From: Eubacteriales bacterium
Lineage (GTDB): Bacteria; Bacillota; Clostridia; Oscillospirales; CAG-272
NCBI GenBank assembly: GCA_045612465.1
Contig: JAZKZC010000059.1
Coordinates: forward strand, 1-38,329
Length of the DNA stretch: 38,329 nt
Reading direction: 5' to 3'
Shown here piece after piece: positions 1 through 7,893 of the stretch. Each line of letters opens with the position of its first letter. The stretch's first letter is position 1. The position numbers were made by a program, and so were the translations under genes. The notes under the pieces were generated by a model. The model was not told the DNA's origin, made no database searches, and saw only the letters and a program-made list of their open reading frames with translations.

Positions 1-157
1 CCTCCGTATAGTAAATTGCGCAGTCGTGCGTTTTGAAAATATCGTCGCATATTTTTTTGAAATATTTGTCAAAATCATCGGGGTGGCACGTAAAATACAC
101 CCTCGGCTTTTTGCCGACGTCATTTTGATTTTTCGTCACCACCTTAAAAACTGCCAT
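1..157 (-). CDS. Hypothetical protein, N-terminal fragment (gene runs off the left edge of the window)
   Basis: Minus-strand ATG at 155-157 sits 7 nt after AAGGAG. It reads MAVFKVVTKNQNDVGKKPRVYFTCHPDDFDKYFKKICDDIFKTHDCAIYYTE and stays open to position 1. It is absent from the ORF track because it is truncated. The pattern of a hydrophobic strand followed by an acidic loop (RVYFTCHPDD) loosely resembles TIR/flavodoxin-like folds, which is a guess only. Confidence 0.5.
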   Translation of the reverse strand, partial: MAVFKVVTKNQNDVGKKPRVYFTCHPDDFDKYFKKICDDIFKTHDCAIYYTE

Positions 158-313
158 AAAAATTCTCCTTTAATGTGTTTTACATTATGTATAACAAGAT
201 TTTTCCGCATTTTTCGCAGATATTATACCATAATTTTAAATTTATTGCAATAAAAAATAAGGCAATTCATTTGTGCGCAAAAGTCATTTATTAATAGAAA
301 CTTATCTTTATGT

Positions 314-356
314 AAAACAAAGTCGATACGGAAGCCCGTACCGACTTTGTTTTTTT
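314..356. terminator. Hairpin terminator downstream of the 1364-aa gene, A-run/T-run flanked (bidirectional look)
   Basis: aaaacaaagtcgatacgg-aagc-ccgtaccgactttgtttt forms a long stem followed by a T-run. It lies 8 nt beyond the stop codon of the minus-strand gene. Confidence 0.6.
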
Positions 357-363
357 ATTTATA

Positions 364-3300
364 TTATTTTACATTGATCGTTACCGGATCGGAGAATACG
401 TAAATTATTCCGCCGCCCATAATTGTATACTTGTGTCTGAATATAACGGTTGATGTGCCTTCGCTGTAACCGTGGATATACTTACCGTCGTAAGCGATGT
501 TTTCGTTTCCGCCGATAACGAACATTTCAACATCAGAAGCACGATCTGTTTTGCCTGCATACGTTTCTGTCTTGAGTCCGATATCAAGCGCTGTACCTGT
601 GCTTACTGTGTATTCTGTCTTATCTGTGAAAAGGAATTTCGTGTAATCGGTTACAAACTGTGCGTAGTTCGTTGTTACACCGTTTATGCCCATTTCAAAA
701 TACGTGTGGAACGAGGATGCATCGTTAAACGTCCAGGGCCATACCGTAATTCCTCTGTATGAGCAATCTGCAAGGAAGTTTCTGTTGAGGTCATCGGAAT
801 AACCGGGGTTGTACGTACAGTTGAATCTTGATGTGTAATCGTGTACCGACGTGAACGACTGTGCGTTGCAAAGGAAGCCGTTTGAAATGGTCGGTATTGT
901 TGATGTTGCATTATCCATCTGCGCCATGTGGAACGTGATGAAACAGCACTGATCCATAATGTCGTACTTGTCTATCAAGGTCTTGATAGCGGGGATTATC
1001 TCCGCTTTCTGGGATTTGATTTCGATGAACAGATTTACACCCGTGCCCTTGAATGCCTTGAAGTAATCTTCAAGCGTGGGAATAGGCTCGGAATATCCCG
1101 AATAGTAATCTACGTAGTATTGCTTGAGCTGTGCGTATGTCATCGATTCGATACCGCCCGAACCGTTTGTGGTTCTGTCGATAGAACCGTCGTGCATAAC
1201 GACTACAACGCCGTCTGTTGTCAGGTAAACGTCATTTTCGATGATGTTTGCGCCCTTTGATGCCGCCAGAAGCGAGCCTGCAATCGTATTTTCGGGAGCA
1301 AGTGACGGAACACCTCTGTGACCGATGATGTTAACAGGACGGATGTGTGTGCTGTACTGGAACATCGTCTTGTCTTCCATAATGTCCTTGAGCATATCGA
1401 CGTTTGTTGTGACAATACCGTGAGCGCCCGATGTTATGAGCTTGTAAAGCTCAACCTTTGTGTTTTCCTCTGCTCTGTACCATACCGTGCTTGCAAGTGC
1501 CGAAAGATATGCTGTGTTTCTCTGATTTGCACGGGATGCGGGGAGGAGAATTACACGGCTGTGTCCTTCGTTTGCATATTCACGTACCGTTCCGAGGTCT
1601 TTATCCGAAAGGCCTTTCGCATCGTATACGCATTTTGTGTACGTGCAAACGGCTTGCGCTGTACGGAGCTGTGTTCTGCTCGTGGATACCACGAATGAGT
1701 CACGCAGGTTGTATTGCTTCAGATAACTGCCTATTGCGTTTGCTTCGGGCAGTGAATCTATTCTGAATGCGGGGATAGTCTTGTTGCCGAAGAATTTAAG
1801 TGCGCTTGTTACGTCTGTAATGTAAGCGCCGTCAGCATTTACTACCGAGAGATCCTCTGTGATGTTGAGAATTGCAACGGCGGGCTTTGAAGTGCTGAGA
1901 TGCGCAAGATCGCCCGAGGAGTTTATCTCTGTTATCGTCGATGCTTCAACGCAGATGTTTGTGTCGATGTCTTCAACGTCTGCAATTGCCGAGATGCTTG
2001 CACCCTTGCTTATCTTGTCGAAGTTTATAGTTACCTTTACATCGTCGTATGACGTTGTAGAACCGCAGTTCTGAAGTCCGAGCTTACCTGTCGGATAAGC
2101 CGAGTCAAGTCCCGTTGCGCTGATAACCTTTGTGCCGTTGATGTAACCGTCAGAGCTGTTTGCGTACACGTCAATGGTGAATTTGTATGACTTTGCAGCG
2201 TCGAGCGCTTCTGTATACGATGTCTTTGCGTGATACATCCAGTCGCCCGTTGTCTTGTATGAAAGCTCAACGCCGTTGTTGTTGGATGTTGCCGCATTTG
2301 CTCTTATACAGTATTGCTGATACGGACAGTCGTCATTCTGTACACGGTACATAAGCGCCATCCAGCGTGCGCTGTCAGCTTTCTGTGTCATCGTAGCGTT
2401 TGTTGTGAATGTGTATTCGCCGAAATCGCCGATGAATGACGGTAACAGTATGCGCACGAATGCGGATGCTGATGACGGAGCGGCAAGCACGAGCTTACCG
2501 CCTGAAACGGTAGCTGTTCCGTTGGTAGCCTGAATTACCTTGAATGAGCTGAGATCGCTCGATGAAAAATCGTTGTAGTAAAGTGTGTACTCTGTATCAG
2601 AGGGCTTCTTTACGACGAGATATACCGTTTTTGATTTCGTTCCCGACTTCGCCGTAAGCTTGTAAACACCCTCGGATTTCGGAGAAACCGTTTTGCTTGA
2701 GCTTACCGTGATTTCGGATGATGACCAGGTGATGTTTTCTTTCGCAGTAGCAACACCGTTTTCAAATTCAACGTCATACTGTGAAAGTCTTATCGTTCCG
2801 CCTACGTTTGCGGGGATAGCAGGGCAGGAGTAAGTTGCCGTGCCGAGTGACTTCTGCTCACGGAAAACAAGCGTAACCTTGATGTCCTCGTATGATGCGG
2901 TCGCACCGCATACCTGCAAGCCGATGCGTCCCATCGAGTGGTCGTTGAGAAGCGAGGTCTGCAAAAGGAGCGAATCGTTTATGTATCCGTTTGCGGAGCT
3001 TCCGAACACGTCTACCGTGAATTTGTAGTACGTCGATGTCGAAAGCTTTGAAGAATACGATGTCTTGCCGAAATATCCCCAATCATATCCGTCTATTGGT
3101 TTATAAGCGAATTCAACGCCGTTTGATGCGGCGGCATTCGACCTTACACACATCTGATAGTAAGGATAGTTGGAATTCTGTACGCGGTGCATGATCGACA
3201 TCCATCTGGAGTCGTTGCTTGCCGCTGTGATCGCAGCATTCGTCGTTATCTTGTAATCGCCGAAGTCGCCGAGGAATGAGGGCAGAAGAACACGCACGAA

Positions 3301-4458
3301 GTTTGTGTTTGAGCCGAGAGCCGATAAAACGAGCTTGCCGTTTGAAACGGTAGCCGTTCCGTTTGTTGTTTCGATAATATCAAGCTCGTTGAGCTTCGAG
3401 GATGATGAAAAGTCGTTTGAATAAAGTACGTATTCCGTATCGGATGCGTTCTTGACGACGAGATATATCGTCTTCGATGCTGTGCTTGACTTAGCTGTCA
3501 GCTTGTAAACACCCGCTTTGCTCGGTGTTACCTTTTTGTTTGTGACAGTGATCTCTGATGATGACCACGTTATTTTTGATCTGTCCGTTCTGACATCCTG
3601 TGTCAGTTCTACGTCGTAAAGCGAAAGGTCGACCGTTTCGCCTGCGTTGGCAGGGATCGCGGGCATCGTGTATGCTATAAGATTATTGAACGATGTAACA
3701 TCGGAGTCTTCATTGTTCAATGATATGTCAGCGGATGAAACCTTGACGTTTACTCTCGTCTTTTTGTTTGAATAAATAACGTCAACGTACGTGTCACCTG
3801 CCTTGAAGCAAGTACCGGAGGGGTATGAATATGTAAATCCGTCAGCGATGGAGTGTGTTGTACCGTCTGAATATTTTACCGATACGAACATACCGAATGA
3901 CGAGAACGTTTCACCCTCTGTATAAGACGTTCTTTCGGGTGTGCCCACGATAGAAATGCTTGATACCTTTCTTGTGAGAATGGATGTTATCGCACTCTTG
4001 TCGCTTGTATTTACCTTGCCGTCGCCGTTTGCATCAGCGGCAAGTTTTGCAACACCTGAAAGGGAAATGGTGCCGTCCAGATGTTTTTGAAGACGTATAA
4101 GGTCTTTTCCGTTTACACCGCCGTCACACTGAACGTCGCCACGTATGATGACCGTTGCGGAATCAACACCGACACCGTCAACGTAAAGGGTTATGACGTC
4201 ACCCGTAACGACGTATGAACCTGTGGAGCTTGCAAGGCAGTTGCCTTCAAAGAGGTTTACAACACTCTTTACGGTTGATAACGGATCAAGTCCGTAAATG
4301 TATTTTCCCGATGACGTCTGCTCAACGTAAACACTTGAGCCGTTCAGAGGTGTCAGAAGATTTTCCGTGCCTGTTGCCATCATAAGCGATTGGGTTGCGG
4401 GAAGTATGCAAGCCAAGGCGCAAAGACAGGCAATAATGCGTTTGATTTTGTTTTTCAT
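364..4458 (-). CDS. Secreted multidomain protein with a signal peptide, dockerin-type repeat pair, Ig-like module, two tandem ~270-aa Ig-like+lectin-like modules, a degenerate GDPD-like domain and a catalytic glycerophosphodiester phosphodiesterase (GDPD) domain
   Basis: 1364-aa ORF with an N-terminal hydrophobic signal (MKNKIKRIIACLCALACILPA).
- Dockerin-like EF-hand pair: DVQCDGGVNGKDL and DANGDGKVNTSD (DNA 3979-4143).
- Residues 266-533 and 546-813 are clear paralogous repeats (PAIPAN...ITWSSSEITV...VYKLTAKS...TNGTATVS.GKLVL...LLPSF.GDFG).
- GDPD signature: IIGHRGVPSLAPENTIAGSLLAASKGANIIENDVYLTTDGVVVVMHDGSIDRTTNG (DNA about 655-1338). Confidence 0.9.
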   Translation of the reverse strand: MKNKIKRIIACLCALACILPATQSLMMATGTENLLTPLNGSSVYVEQTSSGKYIYGLDPLSTVKSVVNLFEGNCLASSTGSYVVTGDVITLYVDGVGVDSATVIIRGDVQCDGGVNGKDLIRLQKHLDGTISLSGVAKLAADANGDGKVNTSDKSAITSILTRKVSSISIVGTPERTSYTEGETFSSFGMFVSVKYSDGTTHSIADGFTYSYPSGTCFKAGDTYVDVIYSNKKTRVNVKVSSADISLNNEDSDVTSFNNLIAYTMPAIPANAGETVDLSLYDVELTQDVRTDRSKITWSSSEITVTNKKVTPSKAGVYKLTAKSSTASKTIYLVVKNASDTEYVLYSNDFSSSSKLNELDIIETTNGTATVSNGKLVLSALGSNTNFVRVLLPSFLGDFGDYKITTNAAITAASNDSRWMSIMHRVQNSNYPYYQMCVRSNAAASNGVEFAYKPIDGYDWGYFGKTSYSSKLSTSTYYKFTVDVFGSSANGYINDSLLLQTSLLNDHSMGRIGLQVCGATASYEDIKVTLVFREQKSLGTATYSCPAIPANVGGTIRLSQYDVEFENGVATAKENITWSSSEITVSSSKTVSPKSEGVYKLTAKSGTKSKTVYLVVKKPSDTEYTLYYNDFSSSDLSSFKVIQATNGTATVSGGKLVLAAPSSASAFVRILLPSFIGDFGEYTFTTNATMTQKADSARWMALMYRVQNDDCPYQQYCIRANAATSNNNGVELSYKTTGDWMYHAKTSYTEALDAAKSYKFTIDVYANSSDGYINGTKVISATGLDSAYPTGKLGLQNCGSTTSYDDVKVTINFDKISKGASISAIADVEDIDTNICVEASTITEINSSGDLAHLSTSKPAVAILNITEDLSVVNADGAYITDVTSALKFFGNKTIPAFRIDSLPEANAIGSYLKQYNLRDSFVVSTSRTQLRTAQAVCTYTKCVYDAKGLSDKDLGTVREYANEGHSRVILLPASRANQRNTAYLSALASTVWYRAEENTKVELYKLITSGAHGIVTTNVDMLKDIMEDKTMFQYSTHIRPVNIIGHRGVPSLAPENTIAGSLLAASKGANIIENDVYLTTDGVVVVMHDGSIDRTTNGSGGIESMTYAQLKQYYVDYYSGYSEPIPTLEDYFKAFKGTGVNLFIEIKSQKAEIIPAIKTLIDKYDIMDQCCFITFHMAQMDNATSTIPTISNGFLCNAQSFTSVHDYTSRFNCTYNPGYSDDLNRNFLADCSYRGITVWPWTFNDASSFHTYFEMGINGVTTNYAQFVTDYTKFLFTDKTEYTVSTGTALDIGLKTETYAGKTDRASDVEMFVIGGNENIAYDGKYIHGYSEGTSTVIFRHKYTIMGGGIIYVFSDPVTINVK

Positions 4459-4701
4459 TTTGCATCCTTTTTAGTGAATTTGCGGACAGCACCGCTTTAC
4501 CTCGCTATTGTACCACATTATTTTGTTTTTTACAATACTATTATATAATTATTTATATTTTTTGTTCAAAATGCACAAAATATATTTGCGATATATATGT
4601 ATCGCACTATTGAGAGGGTGCGGAAAATGAAGGCTTTTAGCGGTGAAAAGAAAAATTTTTTGAGAACTTATAAAAAAATCGATTTTTTTTGCAAAAAGTA
4701 C

Positions 4702-4730
4702 TTGACAAATCGGAAAATCTGTGGTATATT
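4702..4730 (+). promoter_or_regulatory. Sigma-A type promoter of the tRNA-Met/tRNA-Glu operon
   Basis: TTGACA (4702-4707), a 17-nt spacer, then TATATT (4725-4730) preceded by TGG. It lies about 30 nt upstream of the tRNA and closely resembles the tRNA-Thr promoter at 28330-28358 (ttgacaaatcg...tgtggtat). Confidence 0.6.
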
Positions 4731-4761
4731 AATCAAGCGCTGACAGCGAGGCGTGCTGTGT

Positions 4762-4838
4762 GGCGGAATAGCTCAGTTGGCTAGAGCGCTCGGTTCATAC
4801 CCGAAAGGTCGTGGGTTCAAATCCAACTTCCGCTACCA
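4762..4838 (+). tRNA. tRNA-Met (anticodon CAT; a lysidine-modified Ile2 cannot be excluded), CCA encoded
   Basis: Hand-folded cloverleaf:
- acceptor GGCGGAA/TTCCGCT
- D arm GCTC..GAGC
- anticodon loop TTCATAC
- T arm GTGGG-TTCAAAT-CCAAC
- 3' ACCA
It contains a C27.A43 and a G51.A63 mismatch. Confidence 0.85.
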
Positions 4839-4895
4839 AGTTCTTGTTCAGCGGCGGAGGAAACTCGTGCCGCTGTGCAGAACGAATTAAATAAT

Positions 4896-4970
4896 GGCCC
4901 GTTGGTCAAGCGGTTAAGACACCGCCCTTTCACGGCAGTAACAGGGGTTCGATTCCCCTACGGGTCACCA
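4896..4970 (+). tRNA. tRNA-Glu (anticodon TTC), CCA encoded
   Basis: The sequence GGCCCGTTGGTCAAGCGGTTAAGACACCGCCCTTTCACGGCAGTAACAGGGGTTCGATTCCCCTACGGGTCACCA folds into a cloverleaf with anticodon loop CTTTCAC. There is one C.A mismatch in the anticodon stem. Confidence 0.9.
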
Positions 4971-4971
4971 T

Positions 4972-5007
4972 CAACAAAAGAGTCCTCATTTGGGGACTCT
5001 TTTGTTG
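4972..5007 (+). terminator. Rho-independent terminator of the tRNA-Met/Glu operon
   Basis: caacaaaagagtcc / ggactcttttgttg forms a 14-bp stem followed by a T-rich tail. Confidence 0.8.
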
Positions 5008-5059
5008 ATTTTGATGCATAGACTATCGAACACCTCGGTAATCTTGCGACATTGATGCT

Positions 5060-5127
5060 ATACAAGGCTGAAGCCTTGATTTTGGTAATATCTTGTGGTA
5101 TAATCTAACCGATAAATAAGAATTTGT
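5060..5127 (+). promoter_or_regulatory. Repeated promoter module, copy R1 (hairpin overlapping -35, extended -10, shared leader)
   Basis: atacaaggc-tgaa-gccTTGATT (-35 at 5076-5081), a 17-nt spacer, TGG-TATAAT (5099-5104), then ccgataaataagaatttg. Homologous modules occur at 22674-22744 and on the minus strand at 27889-27935. Confidence 0.6.
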
Positions 5128-5138
5128 AGAGGATATCA

Positions 5139-5918
5139 ATGAGTAAAAAAGAAAAGAATGAAATTATTTACGCATCAATAATAACTGTTATTATGACAGT
5201 TATGAATATCTCTGGTTGGCCAGCTACTCTGTTTATCAATGTTAATATCCTCGATATTCAGCCATTCTATTTCTCTTTGATGTTTAATTTTGTGTTAACC
5301 GCTATTGTGTTTATTGCCGCATGGAAAGTACTTTATCCCGATTGGAACTTTGGTTTAGGTACTCAGGGGTTGATATCAGGAATTAGGGAATATGCCGTAT
5401 CGGGAATGATTATATTCTTTCTCTCCACATTTGCCTTTGTAATTGGTCTAACACCGTTTAATAACCAACCAACTATTGCAAAAGTTGTGGTTGAGGGTTT
5501 TGTGTACTATATTGGAGTAGCATTCATAGAAGAACTGTACATTCGAGGATTGCTTCAAAATATTATCGAAAAACTGTTTCATAAGAAGAAAAATGCCTCT
5601 TTTTATGCAATTATCCTTTCATCAGTAATTTTTGGTATCGGGCATATATTCGGTGCATTGGGCAGTTCTATTTTGGCAATAATCTGCAAAGTTGTATGGA
5701 CGATTGCATTAGGTTTGTATTTGGGTGTGATTTATAAGAAAACCGGAAATCTCTGGGTTCCTGTTATTCTACATACTGTTATTGATTTTTGTGCATGGCC
5801 GTTCTGCTATTCTACCATTCCACCATATCCGCAAATCTCTTTATGGATATTGCTTGTGGTCTATGCTGGGGTAGGAGCATATGCTCTTGGCATTATGGTG
5901 AAGAATAGGCACCGCTAA
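5139..5918 (+). CDS. CPBP family intramembrane glutamic endopeptidase (CAAX protease / Abi-type, PF02517-like)
   Basis: 259-aa polytopic membrane protein with the family motifs EELYIRGLL (EExxxR), FGIGH (FxxxH) and HTVIDF. An RBS (gaggat) precedes the ATG. The gene is visibly more AT-rich and CpG-poor than its neighbours. Confidence 0.85.
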   Translation: MSKKEKNEIIYASIITVIMTVMNISGWPATLFINVNILDIQPFYFSLMFNFVLTAIVFIAAWKVLYPDWNFGLGTQGLISGIREYAVSGMIIFFLSTFAFVIGLTPFNNQPTIAKVVVEGFVYYIGVAFIEELYIRGLLQNIIEKLFHKKKNASFYAIILSSVIFGIGHIFGALGSSILAIICKVVWTIALGLYLGVIYKKTGNLWVPVILHTVIDFCAWPFCYSTIPPYPQISLWILLVVYAGVGAYALGIMVKNRHR

Positions 5919-6022
5919 ATTCCAATTTCTCGGTGAGCTTGTTTTCTTGCCGTGCATTAAAAAACGAAAGTTATTTTGCCCGGAGCTATAGGTTGAAGAT
6001 TTTATACAAAAAGGAACTTATT

Positions 6023-6445
6023 ATGCAAAATTTTGGAATGTCAATGCTTTATTTTTGGGTATCTTATGCCATAGTTACTGCTATAGGGATACTTCACACG
6101 GTTTTTAACATATATGTACTTCATATGAAGCCGATGGACAGCGAAAGTATGGGCGAGGGGTATGAAAAAACAAAGCCGTGGCACCCGTTATACAATATAA
6201 TACTGTTTTCGGTATTCGGTTATCTTTATATGAACGGCTTGGCGACGCCAACACTTACGGAAGCTTTGATAACGGGAGCGATATGGGCAGGTATCTGCAT
6301 CGTTTTTGATGTATTCGGCTGGGTTATTATCAAACATCCGTGGAGCTTGTCATTCAAGGGCTTTTACATAGACTATCAGCCGTGGATAACACTTATATAT
6401 CTTGCTATATTTGCAGGTCCCGTTATAGGATTTTTTATGTGCTGA
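6023..6445 (+). CDS. Small integral membrane protein, function unknown (about 4 TM segments)
   Basis: I shortened the ORF-track frame 5933..6445 to the ATG at 6023, which has AGGA 7 nt upstream. Hydrophobic segments run throughout. I recognise no family. Confidence 0.65.
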   Translation: MQNFGMSMLYFWVSYAIVTAIGILHTVFNIYVLHMKPMDSESMGEGYEKTKPWHPLYNIILFSVFGYLYMNGLATPTLTEALITGAIWAGICIVFDVFGWVIIKHPWSLSFKGFYIDYQPWITLIYLAIFAGPVIGFFMC

Positions 6446-6448
6446 AAA

Positions 6449-6486
6449 TAAAAAGATATGAGATTTTGTAGCTCATATCTTTTTTT
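6449..6486. terminator. Bidirectional hairpin terminator between convergent genes
   Basis: aaaagatatgag / ctcatatctttt stem flanked by an A-run and a T-run. It lies between the stop at 6445 (+) and the stop at 6493 (-). Confidence 0.7.
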
Positions 6487-6492
6487 GACTTA

Positions 6493-6858
6493 TCACGTAT
6501 CACGGCTTGTAAAGAAAAGGGAAAAGAGGTATGAAAACAGTATTGCGGCTGTTATTCCCGCTGCCGCGCCTGTCAATCCGCCTGTTATCGCACCGAAAAG
6601 TCCCTTTTCATCAACTGCTTTTTTTACTCCCTCGGCAAGGCAATATCCGAAGCCTGTCAGAGGGACTTTTGCTCCCATTGAGCCGAATGATATTATTTTT
6701 TCGTACACACCGACAGCGTGCAGAATAACTCCGCTTACAACGTAGCAAACGAGTATTCTTGCGGGCGTTATGCGTGTTTTATCAATTAATATCTGCGCTA
6801 TGACGCAGAACATACCTCCCGTAATGAACACGCGGAGATATTGAAGTAATATATCCAT
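6493..6858 (-). CDS. spoVAE: Stage V sporulation protein AE (SpoVAE-type membrane protein)
   Basis: 121-aa membrane protein. Its size and sequence character (GGMFCVIAQILID...GFGY...GGLTGAAAG) are typical of SpoVAE/SpoVAEB. It lies immediately downstream of spoVAD, and AAGGAAG precedes the ATG. Confidence 0.8.
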   Translation of the reverse strand: MDILLQYLRVFITGGMFCVIAQILIDKTRITPARILVCYVVSGVILHAVGVYEKIISFGSMGAKVPLTGFGYCLAEGVKKAVDEKGLFGAITGGLTGAAAGITAAILFSYLFSLFFTSRDT

Positions 6859-6869
6859 TTTATCTTCCT

Positions 6870-7865
6870 TTATTTTTTTGATGAAAAATGCACAAGATGA
6901 GCTATGGCGGGGATAGTTTCGCCTTGAAATACCGTAAGCGGGCTCATAAGCGCACCCGTGCCGATAAAAAGCACGTCGTTTAATTTTCCGTTTCTGAAAT
7001 TATCCGCAATATACGAGCAAAGCACCGCCGCGCCGCATCCGCAACCGCTTCCGCCTGCGTGGACGTCCTGCCTTTCGCGGTCGTATATCATAAGTCCGCA
7101 GTCGTTATATATCCTTGAAATGTCGTAATGTTTTTCTTTCATAAGGTCTTTCAGTATTTCAGAACCCTCAAAACCGAGGTCGCCCGTTACGATAAGGTCA
7201 AAATCGTTCGGCGCGCTTCCCGTGGACTTAAAAAACTCATACAAAGTATTGTACGCCGCAGGCGCCATCGCCGCCCCCATATTGTTTATGTCGTTTATTC
7301 CCGCGTCAAATATCCTGCCGGGGGCGGTATGGCAAACGTACATATAAGACTCCCCGACTGACAGTATCATACTTGCCGCCGCCGTCACAGTGCGCTGGGA
7401 GGTGGGTGTGCGCTGTCCGCCGTATTCGACGGGGAAACGGAACTGTCTTTCCGCAGTGCAGTTGTGCGATGCGGCGCATGCCGCCGCGGTTTTGAAATTT
7501 CCGCCGCTTATTGCAAGCGCGCCGAGTATTACCGCCTCCGCCATTGTGGAGCAGGCACCGTAAAGTCCGAAATACGGGACGTTCGTGTCAGCAAGTCCGT
7601 AAGCGGAAGCCGTGCATTGGTTCATAAGGTCGCCTGCAAATATTGCTTCAACGCCGCCCGATACGATACCCGCATTGTCAAGCGCGTTGTTGTACGATAT
7701 GCGTACCATTTCCGCTTCGCTTTTTTCCCACGTTTTCATCCCGAAACGATCGTCATCGCTGTGAAATGAAAAATAACCTCCTAACGGACCGTCAAATTCT
7801 TCTTTTCCGACTGCATTGCCAACCCCCGAAACGCACGGGGGATTTTTTATCTTTATTACACTCAC
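6870..7865 (-). CDS. spoVAD: Stage V sporulation protein AD (thiolase-fold SpoVAD)
   Basis: Its thiolase-like sequence (GKEEFDGPLGGYF...WEKSEAEM...GDLMNQC...GACSTMAE) matches my recollection of SpoVAD. I place the start at GTG 7865, 8 nt after AAGGAG. The ORF-track ATG at 7946 would overlap spoIIID. Confidence 0.8.
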   Translation of the reverse strand: MSVIKIKNPPCVSGVGNAVGKEEFDGPLGGYFSFHSDDDRFGMKTWEKSEAEMVRISYNNALDNAGIVSGGVEAIFAGDLMNQCTASAYGLADTNVPYFGLYGACSTMAEAVILGALAISGGNFKTAAACAASHNCTAERQFRFPVEYGGQRTPTSQRTVTAAASMILSVGESYMYVCHTAPGRIFDAGINDINNMGAAMAPAAYNTLYEFFKSTGSAPNDFDLIVTGDLGFEGSEILKDLMKEKHYDISRIYNDCGLMIYDRERQDVHAGGSGCGCGAAVLCSYIADNFRNGKLNDVLFIGTGALMSPLTVFQGETIPAIAHLVHFSSKK

Positions 7866-7893
7866 CGTAAAATCTCCTTGAAAAATTACGGTG

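Noticed and set aside
26-253. 75-aa plus-strand ORF at the left edge
   Set aside because: It overlaps the minus-strand gene, which has a strong RBS and a plausible protein sequence. The plus-strand product looks like random AT-rich translation.
4627-4743. Small ORF (MKAFSGEKKNFLRTYKKIDFF...) upstream of tRNA-Met
   Set aside because: It overlaps the tRNA operon promoter and is lysine-rich, AT-driven sequence. Nothing beyond a weak purine-rich stretch supports it.
5933-6022. N-terminal extensions given by the ORF track: 5933, 7946, 11005, 13667, 16282, 21792, 22767, 25442, 27909, 28459, 30691 and 33883
   Set aside because: In each case an internal start with a proper Shine-Dalgarno sequence and family-consistent N-terminus exists. 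The extension either overlaps the previous gene, a terminator or a promoter, or begins at a non-ATG codon without an RBS.
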